Shown here in pieces: positions 20,464 to 29,800 of a DNA stretch of 64,000 bases. The stretch's first letter is position 1, and each line of letters starts with the position of its first letter. The notes below the pieces were generated by a model. It did no database searches. It worked only from the letters and a program-made list of their open reading frames with translations, and was not told where the DNA came from. The stretch comes from an uncultured Chitinophagales bacterium (GTDB lineage: Bacteria; Bacteroidota; Bacteroidia; Chitinophagales; BACL12): the NCBI GenBank assembly GCA_964492065.1, contig CAZBHH010000001.1, positions 6,500 through 70,499 of the forward strand, given 5' to 3'. Made by a program: the position numbers and the translations under genes.

Positions 20464-21498
20464 ATGCACGTATCGACACATAGAAAACGCATACTGCTGA
20501 CAGGCGCTTCGGGTACCGTCGGGTATGAGGTGCTCAAACAATTGTCTGTATTAAAAGATACATTGGATATTACCATATTTGATGTGGCATCCGCAAATTC
20601 GCGAAAAAAATTCAAGCCGTTCAGAAAAGATGTAAAAATTGTTTACGGCGATATTACTTCCATAGCCGATGTCGAAAAAGTATGTAGAGAAACGGATGTC
20701 GTCATTCACCTCGCCGCAATTATACCGCCGCTGGCTGATGAAAAACCCGAACTTGCATACCGGGTAAATACATTAGGCACACAACATTTAGTCAAATGCC
20801 TTGAACAGCATGCACCACATGCATTTTTGTTGTACAGCTCTTCGATTTCAGTGTATGGCGACAGAATTCAAAATCCGTGGATAACAGTGGACGATGCACT
20901 GAAGCCAAGTGCGGGCGATCAATATGCAATCACTAAAATTGAAGCAGAAAATATAATCCGCAACAGCAAACTCAATTGGAGCATTTTCAGGTTATCGGCA
21001 ATAATGGGCGGCCATAAAATTTCGAAGCTCATGTTCCATCAGCCGTTGAATACCTCTCTGGAAATTACTACACCTGAAGACACAGCAAGGGCTTTTGTAA
21101 ATGCAATCGGAAAACAGGCACAACTGTCAAAAAAGATATTTAACCTCGGGGGCGGAGCACAATGCCGGATTACCTATGCAGATTTTCTATCACGTTCTTT
21201 TAAAATCTTCGGGCTGGGTGAAGTGGATTTCCCGCCGAAATCCTTTGCGGATAAAAATTTTCACTGCGGTTATTACAAAGACAGCGACACGTTAAATGCA
21301 ATCCTCGACTTTAACAGGGATACCATCGACACGTATTTTGAACACGAAAAGTCAAAGATCTCACCGTTGGCACGCCTAATCAATACACTATTTAAAAAAT
21401 TTATCAAGCGCTATCTGTCCCGGCAGTCGGAGCCATTGGCCGCTTATGTACAACAGGATAAAAAGCAAATGGCGCATTTCTTTAATGAGCCCGATTAA
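20464..21498 (+). CDS. NAD-dependent epimerase/dehydratase (extended SDR)
   Basis: TGASGTVG Rossmann motif, SSISVYG, YAITK (YxxxK). Confidence 0.88.
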   Translation: MHVSTHRKRILLTGASGTVGYEVLKQLSVLKDTLDITIFDVASANSRKKFKPFRKDVKIVYGDITSIADVEKVCRETDVVIHLAAIIPPLADEKPELAYRVNTLGTQHLVKCLEQHAPHAFLLYSSSISVYGDRIQNPWITVDDALKPSAGDQYAITKIEAENIIRNSKLNWSIFRLSAIMGGHKISKLMFHQPLNTSLEITTPEDTARAFVNAIGKQAQLSKKIFNLGGGAQCRITYADFLSRSFKIFGLGEVDFPPKSFADKNFHCGYYKDSDTLNAILDFNRDTIDTYFEHEKSKISPLARLINTLFKKFIKRYLSRQSEPLAAYVQQDKKQMAHFFNEPD

Positions 21499-21554
21499 TA
21501 CATTGTTTTCAAACAACTGAAAGACGCAACAAATACCAATAGTTATTTAAACAC

Positions 21555-22007
21555 TCAACGGGGTTTGTAAGAGCCGGGTACCGTCCGGAAACTAATTGCC
21601 AGGCGGTTCCACCCGTTAATCGCCACGATTGCCATAGTCAGAGCGACTAATTCCTTTTCCGAGAAATGCCGGCGCACTTCTGCATATAATTCGTCCGAAA
21701 CTTCATCTTCGGAAATCAATGTCAGCGCTTCTGTCCATTCCAGGGCTGCTCTCTCCCGCTCCGTATAAAACGGCGTTTCGTGCCAGGCATTCAATGCGTA
21801 CAGCCGCTGTTCGGTTTCACCCGCCTTGCGGGCATCTTTGGTGTGCATATCTATGCAATAGGCACAACCGTTTAACTGAGAAGCTCTTGTCTTTACCAAT
21901 TCGTAAAGCGATAACTCCAACCCGGAATTTTTTACGTAATGCTCCAGCGCATACATCGCCTGCATGGCTTCCGGCGCTACTTTTCCATAATTTAATCTCT
22001 CCTCCAT
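21555..22007 (-). CDS. Carboxymuconolactone decarboxylase/AhpD-family protein
   Basis: RASQLNGCAYCIDMH, INGWNRL. Confidence 0.9.
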   Translation of the reverse strand: MEERLNYGKVAPEAMQAMYALEHYVKNSGLELSLYELVKTRASQLNGCAYCIDMHTKDARKAGETEQRLYALNAWHETPFYTERERAALEWTEALTLISEDEVSDELYAEVRRHFSEKELVALTMAIVAINGWNRLAISFRTVPGSYKPR

Positions 22008-22254
22008 TGTAACTGATTTTATACCTCAAAAGAACATAATTTTTTGTATAATGTTTTCATTCACCCCGCATATCGGCGAGCAATGCAACAAAGGCCCGGT
22101 TTTGTGAAGAGAGCTATTATCTGCACGCCGTCACACCCGTAAACGCACACATCGCCGATTTTTTAACGGGTGATTCAGCCGGAACATCCTGCCGATTGCA
22201 GTTTTGAATGCGGATTAGCCTGGCTGGTTAAAAAATTTCTCTTCTTCTTAGTTA

Positions 22255-22278
22255 ATACCGGATATTTTTGTCCGGTAT
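22255..22278. promoter_or_regulatory. Candidate Rrf2 operator (8-8-8 palindrome) in the rrf2 promoter
   Basis: ATACCGGA-TATTTTTG-TCCGGTAT; contains a TTTG 22 nt upstream of a TATCTTTG -7 box at 22293-22300. Confidence 0.6.
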
Positions 22279-22318
22279 ATGTAAACTTTACATATCTTTG
22301 TCCCGAAAGATAAATACA

Positions 22319-22753
22319 TTGTTTTCGAAGGCATGCGAATACGGTATAAAGGCAACCATATATGTAGCTAAGAAATCTCAGGAAGATAAGAAGGTGAGTT
22401 TAAAAGTCGTCGCAAGGGCAATAAACTCACCCGAGGCATATACTTCCAAAATTCTACAGCAACTCGCCCGGCATAACATTATCCATTCGGTAAAAGGGCC
22501 AAACGGAGGGTTTTATATGGACAGTAAAGCGCTCGACACGGTCATGCTCAGCAACATTGTATTTGCAATCGACGGCGACTTAATTTATAAGGGCTGCGGA
22601 CTGGGAATGAAGCGTTGTAATGAAAAAATGCCCTGCCCCGTACATTATCAATTCAAAAAAATAAGAGAACAGCTTAAAGAGATGCTGGAAACCACGTCCG
22701 TAAAATCATTGAGCCTCGATGTTAAAAAAGGGCTGGCATTCTTAAAGCGATAG
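22319..22753 (+). CDS. Rrf2-family transcriptional regulator with three Cys (Fe-S type)
   Basis: FSKACEYGIKA start motif (TTG start), SVKGPNGGF, CGLGMKRCNEKMPCPVH. Confidence 0.9.
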   Translation: MFSKACEYGIKATIYVAKKSQEDKKVSLKVVARAINSPEAYTSKILQQLARHNIIHSVKGPNGGFYMDSKALDTVMLSNIVFAIDGDLIYKGCGLGMKRCNEKMPCPVHYQFKKIREQLKEMLETTSVKSLSLDVKKGLAFLKR

Positions 22754-22764
22754 AGAGATATTCA

Positions 22765-22788
22765 ATTAAAGACAATTTTATCCGAAAT
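22765..22788. promoter_or_regulatory. Second candidate Rrf2 operator, upstream of oxidase subunit I
   Basis: Reverse complement ATTTCGGATAAAATTGTCTTTAAT matches box 1 at 15/24 positions, sharing CGGATA-N3-TTGTC. Confidence 0.5.
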
Positions 22789-22796
22789 AGTACACT

Positions 22797-24542
22797 ATGG
22801 ACAAAAGCATTTTAGGCGAATCAGGGATAATTATTACCATATTGCTCATTGCAATACCGGTAATTGCAGCCTCATTACTGGTAATTGCAAGGATGTATTC
22901 CGTATTTAAAAAATATCAGCACAAGCGGGAATTGGAAAAATTCCATGCTTACCTGAAGGGATTGACCCCCGCGGAAGTTGAGAAGCTGGAACAGCGGAAA
23001 AAAGAACTGGAATACTCGTTAACCGACAGGGAACTGGCAGGAGATGCCACACCGGTGGACAGCAAAGGGCTGATTGACAATATCAGCCATACCGATGTAT
23101 TGCGATTCGTAGAAAAAAAGAAAAAAGGGCAACCGCGACCGAACATCGAGCCCAATCTCACGAAGTTAATTTTATGGTACCTGGGTTGTTCCGTTTTTTG
23201 GTTGTTGTTCGGAACGACTATCGGCGAATACCTGGGAATTAAATTTGCGGCGCCGGATATTGACCATGCCAGTTGGCTGAGTTTCGGAAGGCTCAGACCG
23301 GTGCATACCAATGCCGTTTTTTGGGGATGGGCATCTTTGGCGATGCTCGGTTTAGCGTACTATGTCATTCCTCGTGTCAGCAATGTGAAGATCGCAAGTA
23401 TTACCACCGGATATGCCACACTGATACTCATCAATGCCAGCGTGATTATCGGAAGCCTGTCGCTTATGGCAGGCCTGAATAACGGCGGCGGCGAGTACCG
23501 CGAATATATCTGGCCGGTGATGTTGTTATTTGGAGCAGGCATTATTATTTCGCTGATAAATTTTATAAAAACTATTGCTGCCAGAGCGACAAAAGAAATT
23601 TATGTTTCCAACTGGTATATCGTTTCGGCGATGATGTTTGTCCTGGTAATTGCCCTCGTCGCATATTGGCCGAGCTGGCAAAACGGTTTGGGCGAAACTA
23701 TCGTACAGGGGTATTATATGCACCAGGGCGTGGGAATGTGGTTCATGCTGTTTTGCCTGGGTTTGATGTATTACTTTTTGCCGCAGCAACTCAATAAACC
23801 CATTTACTCTTACAGCCTGGGGATACTCGCATTCTGGACGCAAATTATTTTTTATACCCTCATCGGAACACATCACTTTATTTTCAGCGCCATTCCCTGG
23901 TGGTTGCAAACGGTAGCCATCGTCGGCAGTGTAGGCATGATAATCCCGGTAGTAGCGGGAACCACCAACTTCCTGATGACGATGAAAGGCACGTGGAATA
24001 AACTGTCCGACAGCTATACATTGCCCTTTTATTTAATAGGCACTATCTTTTATTTTACGGGCTCGCTGCAGGGTACTGCCGAGGCGTTTCGCTTCACCAA
24101 TTTAGTGTGGCACTTCACCGATTTTACGGTGGCGCATTCACACCTCACCATGTACGGCATTATTTCCTTTATGCTTTGGGGATTCATTTACACCGTAGTT
24201 CCCCGGCTCACGGGCAAGGAGCCGCCTCACCTTACGGTAGGTGCGCATTTCTGGCTGGCACTCATAGGGCTGCTGTTTTATACCGTCCCGCTCATGTACG
24301 GCTCTACATTAAGAGGCCTGATGTGGATGGACGGCAAACCCTTTATCGACAGTGTTGCCATGATGGCTCCTTTCTGGCTGTGGCGTGCTATCGGCGGTTC
24401 GCTGATGTGGATTGCCCATATCCTGTTTGCATATAACTTCTATTCAATGGTTAAGAAGCAGGATACATTTGAAATACCCAAATCGGCGATAGATATTCTA
24501 AAAGCGAAAGAACAATTGGAAACCAAGGTCCTTATCAAATAA
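22797..24542 (+). CDS. ccoN: Divergent cbb3-like (C-family) heme-copper oxidase subunit I with N-terminal extension
   Basis: RLRPVHTN, YYMHQGVG, FYTLIGTHH, HFTDFTVAHSH: six His ligands and the helix-VII Tyr are present. Confidence 0.85.
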   Translation: MDKSILGESGIIITILLIAIPVIAASLLVIARMYSVFKKYQHKRELEKFHAYLKGLTPAEVEKLEQRKKELEYSLTDRELAGDATPVDSKGLIDNISHTDVLRFVEKKKKGQPRPNIEPNLTKLILWYLGCSVFWLLFGTTIGEYLGIKFAAPDIDHASWLSFGRLRPVHTNAVFWGWASLAMLGLAYYVIPRVSNVKIASITTGYATLILINASVIIGSLSLMAGLNNGGGEYREYIWPVMLLFGAGIIISLINFIKTIAARATKEIYVSNWYIVSAMMFVLVIALVAYWPSWQNGLGETIVQGYYMHQGVGMWFMLFCLGLMYYFLPQQLNKPIYSYSLGILAFWTQIIFYTLIGTHHFIFSAIPWWLQTVAIVGSVGMIIPVVAGTTNFLMTMKGTWNKLSDSYTLPFYLIGTIFYFTGSLQGTAEAFRFTNLVWHFTDFTVAHSHLTMYGIISFMLWGFIYTVVPRLTGKEPPHLTVGAHFWLALIGLLFYTVPLMYGSTLRGLMWMDGKPFIDSVAMMAPFWLWRAIGGSLMWIAHILFAYNFYSMVKKQDTFEIPKSAIDILKAKEQLETKVLIK

Positions 24543-24552
24543 AAATAATACA

Positions 24553-25560
24553 ATGCATTTTTTCGATAATCACAATAAACTCTTCGGTACGGCCCTCGCA
24601 TTATTTGTCGGTTTGACAATTATCGTTGCCGTAATACCGGCACTGAAAAATCAAAAAAACAATGCGCCGCTTCCCGGCGATACGCCATTGACGGCGGATG
24701 AAATGGCCGGAAAGAAAATCTATATCGCCAACGGCTGCGTGGCATGTCATACTCAACAGGTGCGCAATGTGGATATGGATAAACTCTGGGCAGACCGCCC
24801 GGGCATTCCGGCGGATTACGCCGATGTAAAGCGCACCGATTTCTGGCGAAATACCGCCACGCTGATGGGTACCGAAAGAACCGGCCCCGACCTCACCAAT
24901 GTCGGCAACAGACAAGGCTCTTTAGCGTGGAATTTATTACATCTCTATCAACCGAGAGCAGTGGTGGAACAATCGGTGATGCCCGCCTATCCCTGGTTGT
25001 TTGAAGTTAAACAGGAAGTGGGCGCCGATGATGTGGAAGTGGTTGTACCCGAAAAATTCAGAGTAGGCGTAAAAGGAAAGATCGTTGCCAGAAAGGAAGC
25101 GCTGCAATTAGTCGCCTATCTGCAAAGCCTGAAACAAATTCCACTGCCCGACGGCAGTACACCTCCCGAATTTTTATACAAGAAAGCGGAGAAACCCATT
25201 GCCGCGGCCGGCGAGACAGCGCTTCAACCGGATGGCGCACTGCTCTATACAAATAACTGCGCCGCCTGCCACCAACCCAATGGCGAAGGATTGCAAGGCG
25301 CTTTCCCGCCATTAAAAGGCAGTTCCGTTGTGCTGGGTGACGACCTGGAATTGTTTGTTAAAATAATTATGCAGGGATACGACGCCCGGCCGGAATATGC
25401 GGTGATGAATGCCGTGGGCACAGACAACAATTTAACCCCTGAAGAAGTAACTGCCATTATCAATCACGAAAAGACGAGCTGGGGAAATGATGCGCCGACA
25501 GTAAGCGTGGAAGAAGTGAAAAAAATTATCGATTTTATTAATGCTATTTCGAGTAAATAA
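24553..25560 (+). CDS. ccoO: CcoO-like cytochrome c fused to a second c-type heme domain
   Basis: CVACHTQQVR...RTGPDL...SVMPAY (CcoO) plus C-terminal CAACHQ...GAFPPL. Confidence 0.85.
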   Translation: MHFFDNHNKLFGTALALFVGLTIIVAVIPALKNQKNNAPLPGDTPLTADEMAGKKIYIANGCVACHTQQVRNVDMDKLWADRPGIPADYADVKRTDFWRNTATLMGTERTGPDLTNVGNRQGSLAWNLLHLYQPRAVVEQSVMPAYPWLFEVKQEVGADDVEVVVPEKFRVGVKGKIVARKEALQLVAYLQSLKQIPLPDGSTPPEFLYKKAEKPIAAAGETALQPDGALLYTNNCAACHQPNGEGLQGAFPPLKGSSVVLGDDLELFVKIIMQGYDARPEYAVMNAVGTDNNLTPEEVTAIINHEKTSWGNDAPTVSVEEVKKIIDFINAISSK

Positions 25561-25835
25561 TGCAGAAGCACATCGCTATATTGGCCGTATTCCTGTTGGT
25601 AAATCAATGGCTGCACGCTTGTGAAGTTTGTAAGGCAGCACAACCCGAAGTTACCCGCGGGATAACTCATGGCGTCGGGCCGCAAAGTTATTGGGACTGG
25701 GTAATAATCGGAGCGGTGGCCGCATTGACTTTGGTAACGCTCATTCTTTCCATAAAATACCTGGTAAGGCCGGGGGAAAACGACAGCAATCATATTAAAC
25801 AAACTATCCTAACCAATTTTGACGATGCAAGATAA
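25560..25835 (+). CDS. Small membrane protein with CxxC and His (oxidase operon accessory)
   Basis: Signal-like N-terminus, ACEVCK...ITHGVGP, C-terminal TM helix; start overlaps upstream stop. Confidence 0.7.
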   Translation: MQKHIAILAVFLLVNQWLHACEVCKAAQPEVTRGITHGVGPQSYWDWVIIGAVAALTLVTLILSIKYLVRPGENDSNHIKQTILTNFDDAR

Positions 25836-26229
25836 TACGAGTAAAGTAACCCTGTTTGTGGACGATGAGCTGCAGCCCATTGCAGAACTCTACACTCCCG
25901 TACAATTTGAACTGGATACCCGTAAACTGACCGACGGAGAACACACCTTAAAAATTGTCAGTAAATCGCCCACCGGGAGGGAAGGTATCCGCAAAATCAA
26001 ATTTATCGTGCGAAACGGCCCTGCTATAACGGTGGATGGCATCAGCGACAACAAGGTAATTGACGGCGTAATCCCGGTGATGATTAATGCCTACGACAAG
26101 GGCAATCAAAAGAAATTTATCATCGGCGGAAGCGAAACACCGACCAGTATCCCCAGTTGGCTCTGGATCCTTTTGGTGGCATTTTTCGGTTGGGCAGCTT
26201 ATTTTATGATTACCCATTTCAACCTGTAA
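25819..26229 (+). CDS. Beta-rich (Ig-like) protein with C-terminal membrane anchor
   Basis: LDTRKLTDGEHTLKI Ig-like pattern, hydrophobic C-terminus, overlaps upstream gene; start may be 25825. Confidence 0.7.
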   Translation: MTMQDNTSKVTLFVDDELQPIAELYTPVQFELDTRKLTDGEHTLKIVSKSPTGREGIRKIKFIVRNGPAITVDGISDNKVIDGVIPVMINAYDKGNQKKFIIGGSETPTSIPSWLWILLVAFFGWAAYFMITHFNL

Positions 26230-26377
26230 TATCCATTTTAATCTATCCCCATCCCCTGTTTACAGGGCGTCGATGCGGATACCACTATGCGTCTGCCTGT
26301 AAAATGCACAGTCGTCACAGATGGCATCCCGGCAAAGTGGAGTTGAAAACTTCAATTTTATTCATACCTTTAAGGTA

Positions 26378-26770
26378 TTGAAACGCACAATCGTCATATC
26401 GCTGCTCGCCATGTTCCTTTACGCAAATACGGAACTCCATGAGCTGTTGAAATTGCCGGTATTAGTCCATCATTACCTGGAACACGATACCAGCTCCCCC
26501 GATTTATCCTTTTTCGAATTTTTAAAAGAGCATTACGACAGCAATAATACCCACCGGCATCCGGACAACAATCACAATGACCATCAGAAGTTGCCGTTTA
26601 AAAACGGCAATTGCAGCACGATGCACTCCGTATTGGACGTATTCCAGGTCGGGATGCAATCCTGTTGTCAGATTGATGTATGTTCCGTAAAAGCTATTTT
26701 CCCCTGCGATGATTTAATATATCTATCCTCCATTTACACCGAAGTTTTCCAACCGCCACAGTTCTGTTAA
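26378..26770 (+). CDS. His-rich hypothetical protein preceding czcA
   Basis: TTG start, hydrophobic N-terminus, ELLKLPVLVHHYLEH and HRHPDNNHNDHQKLPFK. Confidence 0.7.
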   Translation: MKRTIVISLLAMFLYANTELHELLKLPVLVHHYLEHDTSSPDLSFFEFLKEHYDSNNTHRHPDNNHNDHQKLPFKNGNCSTMHSVLDVFQVGMQSCCQIDVCSVKAIFPCDDLIYLSSIYTEVFQPPQFC

Positions 26771-26877
26771 TGCAGCCCGGCTAAACTCCCGGGTCTGGCA
26801 GCGCTTTACGTGTATGTATTTTGTCCAACAGCGCTGTAGTCATTCATCGATGATTTCATTGCATTAACGAATTACTT

Positions 26878-29800
26878 ATGCTCAATAACATAATTGCATT
26901 TTCAGTAAAGAACAAACTCATTATCGGTTTATTCATCATTGCGCTCATCGGCTATGGCAGCTACCAGTTGACACATCTGCCAATTGATGCCGTACCCGAT
27001 ATCACCGACAACCAGGTACAGGTTATAACAGTTACACCTTCCCTGGGGGCTCCCGACGTGGAAAGGCTCATTACCTTTCCCATTGAACAGGCCAACAGCA
27101 ACATTCCGGGGCTAAAGGAAATCCGCAGTTTCTCCCGCTTTGGGCTTTCGCTCATCACCATCGTCTTTGAAGACGATGTGGACGTTTACTGGGCAAGGCA
27201 ACAAGTGACGGAACGGTTGAAAATTGCCGAGCAGGAAATTCCCGCAGGAATCGGCTCGCCCGAGTTGGCGCCGGTTACCACCGGGCTGGGCGAAATATAT
27301 CAATACGTACTTAGAACCAAACCCGGCTATGAATCGCAATACGACGCCACCGCATTGAGGACGATACAGGATTGGATTGTGCGCAGGCAATTGCTCGGCG
27401 TTAAAGGCGTGGCCGACGTCAGCAGTTTCGGCGGCAGGGTAAAACAATATGAAATTGCCGTAAATCCCGATGTGCTCAAATCAAACGGCATTGCCATCAG
27501 CGATGTGTTTGAAGCATTGGAAAAAAATAATGAGAACACCGGCGGTGCATATATCGAAAGATCTTCTACCGTATTGTATATCCGTACCGAAGGCCTTATC
27601 GGAAGTGTAGAGGATATTCAAAATATCGTCGTGAAGAATACGGGTAACGGCACGCCGCTGTTAATAAAACACATTGCCGACGTGCGAATCGGGCAAGCGA
27701 TCCGCTACGGCACCATGACGTATAACGACGAGGGCGAAGTTGCCGGCGCAGTTGTAATGATGCTGAAGGGAGGCAACAGCAGTGAAGTCATAAAAAACGT
27801 AAAAGCACAAATTGCTCAAATAGAAAAAACATTGCCGGAAGGCGTGGTGATAGAACCTTTTTTAGACCGCACCAAAATGGTGAATAATGCCATAGATACC
27901 GTTACCACAAACCTGTTGGAAGGAGCCCTTATCGTCATTTTCGTTTTGGTATTATTTCTCGGCAATTTCAGGGCCGGCATTTTGGTGGCATCCGTCATTC
28001 CTCTTTCCATGCTGTTTGCAGTGATCATGATGAATATATTCGGCGTAAGCGGTAACCTGATGAGTTTAGGCGCCCTTGATTTCGGATTGATTGTAGATGG
28101 CGCCGTCATTATCGTCGAAGCTGTAATGCACTCAATGATGGTAAAAGGTTCCATATTAAAAGTGAATGCAATGCCGGCAGTAGCCGGGGTTATGCATACT
28201 GAAACAGCAGGGCAACGCCAAAAACTTACACAGGGAGAAATGGACGCCGAAGTGCAGCGCTCGGCGAGCAGAATGATGAACAGCGCCGTATTCGGACAAA
28301 TCATTATCCTGATCGTTTACCTGCCCATTTTTACGCTGGAAGGCATTGAAGGTAAAATGTTCAGGCCGATGGCACAGACAGTGGCCTTTGCATTGCTCGG
28401 CGCATTCCTGTTGTCACTCACTTACATCCCGATGATGAGCGCACTGTTCCTGACCAAAAACACGAAGCATAAAAGAAATATTTCCGACCGGATGATGCAT
28501 GCCATAGAGAGCTTTTATCAAAAATGGTTAAAGAGAGTGCTGCACTATCCCAAAACAGTAATCGGGTTTGCCATCTTCTTATTTGCAATTGCAATTTTTA
28601 TTTTTTCACGTATGGGAGGAGAATTTATACCCGAACTCCCCGAAGGCGATTTCGCCGTATCCACCATTGTGTTAACCGGGAGTTCATTAGATGCATCAGT
28701 GGATGCGGTTACAAAATCCGCCCATATCCTGTTGGAAAAATTCCCGGAAGTGGAGAAGGTGGTAGGCAAAACAGGCAGCGGTGAGATACCTACCGACCCC
28801 ATGCCTATTGAAGCATCAGACATGATGATTATTCTCAAAGACAAAAGCGAATGGACATCGGCAAAGACATGGGATGCTCTGGCCGAAAAAATGAATTTAG
28901 CATTGCAAGATGTGCCCGGAGTGGCTTACAGTTTTCAATATCCGGTTGCAATGCGATTCAACGAACTGATGACCGGCGCCAAACAAGATGTCGTTTGTAA
29001 AATTTTTGGTGAAAACTTAGATACGCTTTCCAAATACTCTAAACTGCTCGGCGATATTGCGGGTAAGATCGAAGGCACGGAAAGTATTTATGTTGAACCG
29101 ATCGACGGTTTGCCTCAACTGGTAATTCAGTTTAACCGGGATGCAATTGCCCAATACGGATTAAATATATCCGATGTGAACAACGTCATTAATACCGCAT
29201 TTGCAGGACAGAGCAGCGGACAGGTTTACGAGGACGAGCGGCGATTCGACCTTGTAGTACGGCTTGCAGAAGAGAAGCGCCGCAGCGTGGAAGATGTGAG
29301 AAACCTGCTGGTATCCACGCCACAAGGATCGCAAATTCCTCTATACCAGATCGCCGATGTCTCCATCCGCGAAAGTGTAAATCAAATTCAACGTGAGAAT
29401 GCCAATCGCCGGATTATTGTCGGCTTTAATGTGAATGGCCGGGACGTGGAGAGCATTGTGCACGACCTGCAATCAGGTGTTGAATCGGAATTAAAATTAC
29501 CGCCGGGCTACTATGTCACTTACGGAGGAGCGTTTGAGAACCTGACAGAAGCAAAAAAGCGGTTAGCGCTTGCCGTTCCCATTTCGCTGCTGTTAATTTT
29601 CATCCTGCTGTATTTTGCATTTCATTCGGTAAAACAAGGGTTGCTCATCTATTCTGCAATACCGCTATCCGCCATCGGGGGCATTTTCCTGCTCGCCGCC
29701 CGCGGTATTCCATTCAGCATAAGCGCCGGAATCGGGTTTATCGCATTGTTTGGCGTGGCGGTGCTCAATGGTATCGTATTGATAGCCGAATTCAACAGGA

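Noticed and set aside
22085-22110. ECF41/SigJ-type promoter upstream of the AhpD-like gene
   Set aside because: Only a partial match (CTTCACA, no clear CGTC), and no ECF41 gene is adjacent
22797-24542. Canonical cNOR/qNOR assignment for subunit I
   Set aside because: Lacks the HLWVE Glu ligand pattern and retains the C-family helix-VII Tyr
25819-26229. Cytochrome c annotation for the Ig-like operon protein
   Set aside because: No CxxCH motif and no Cys at all
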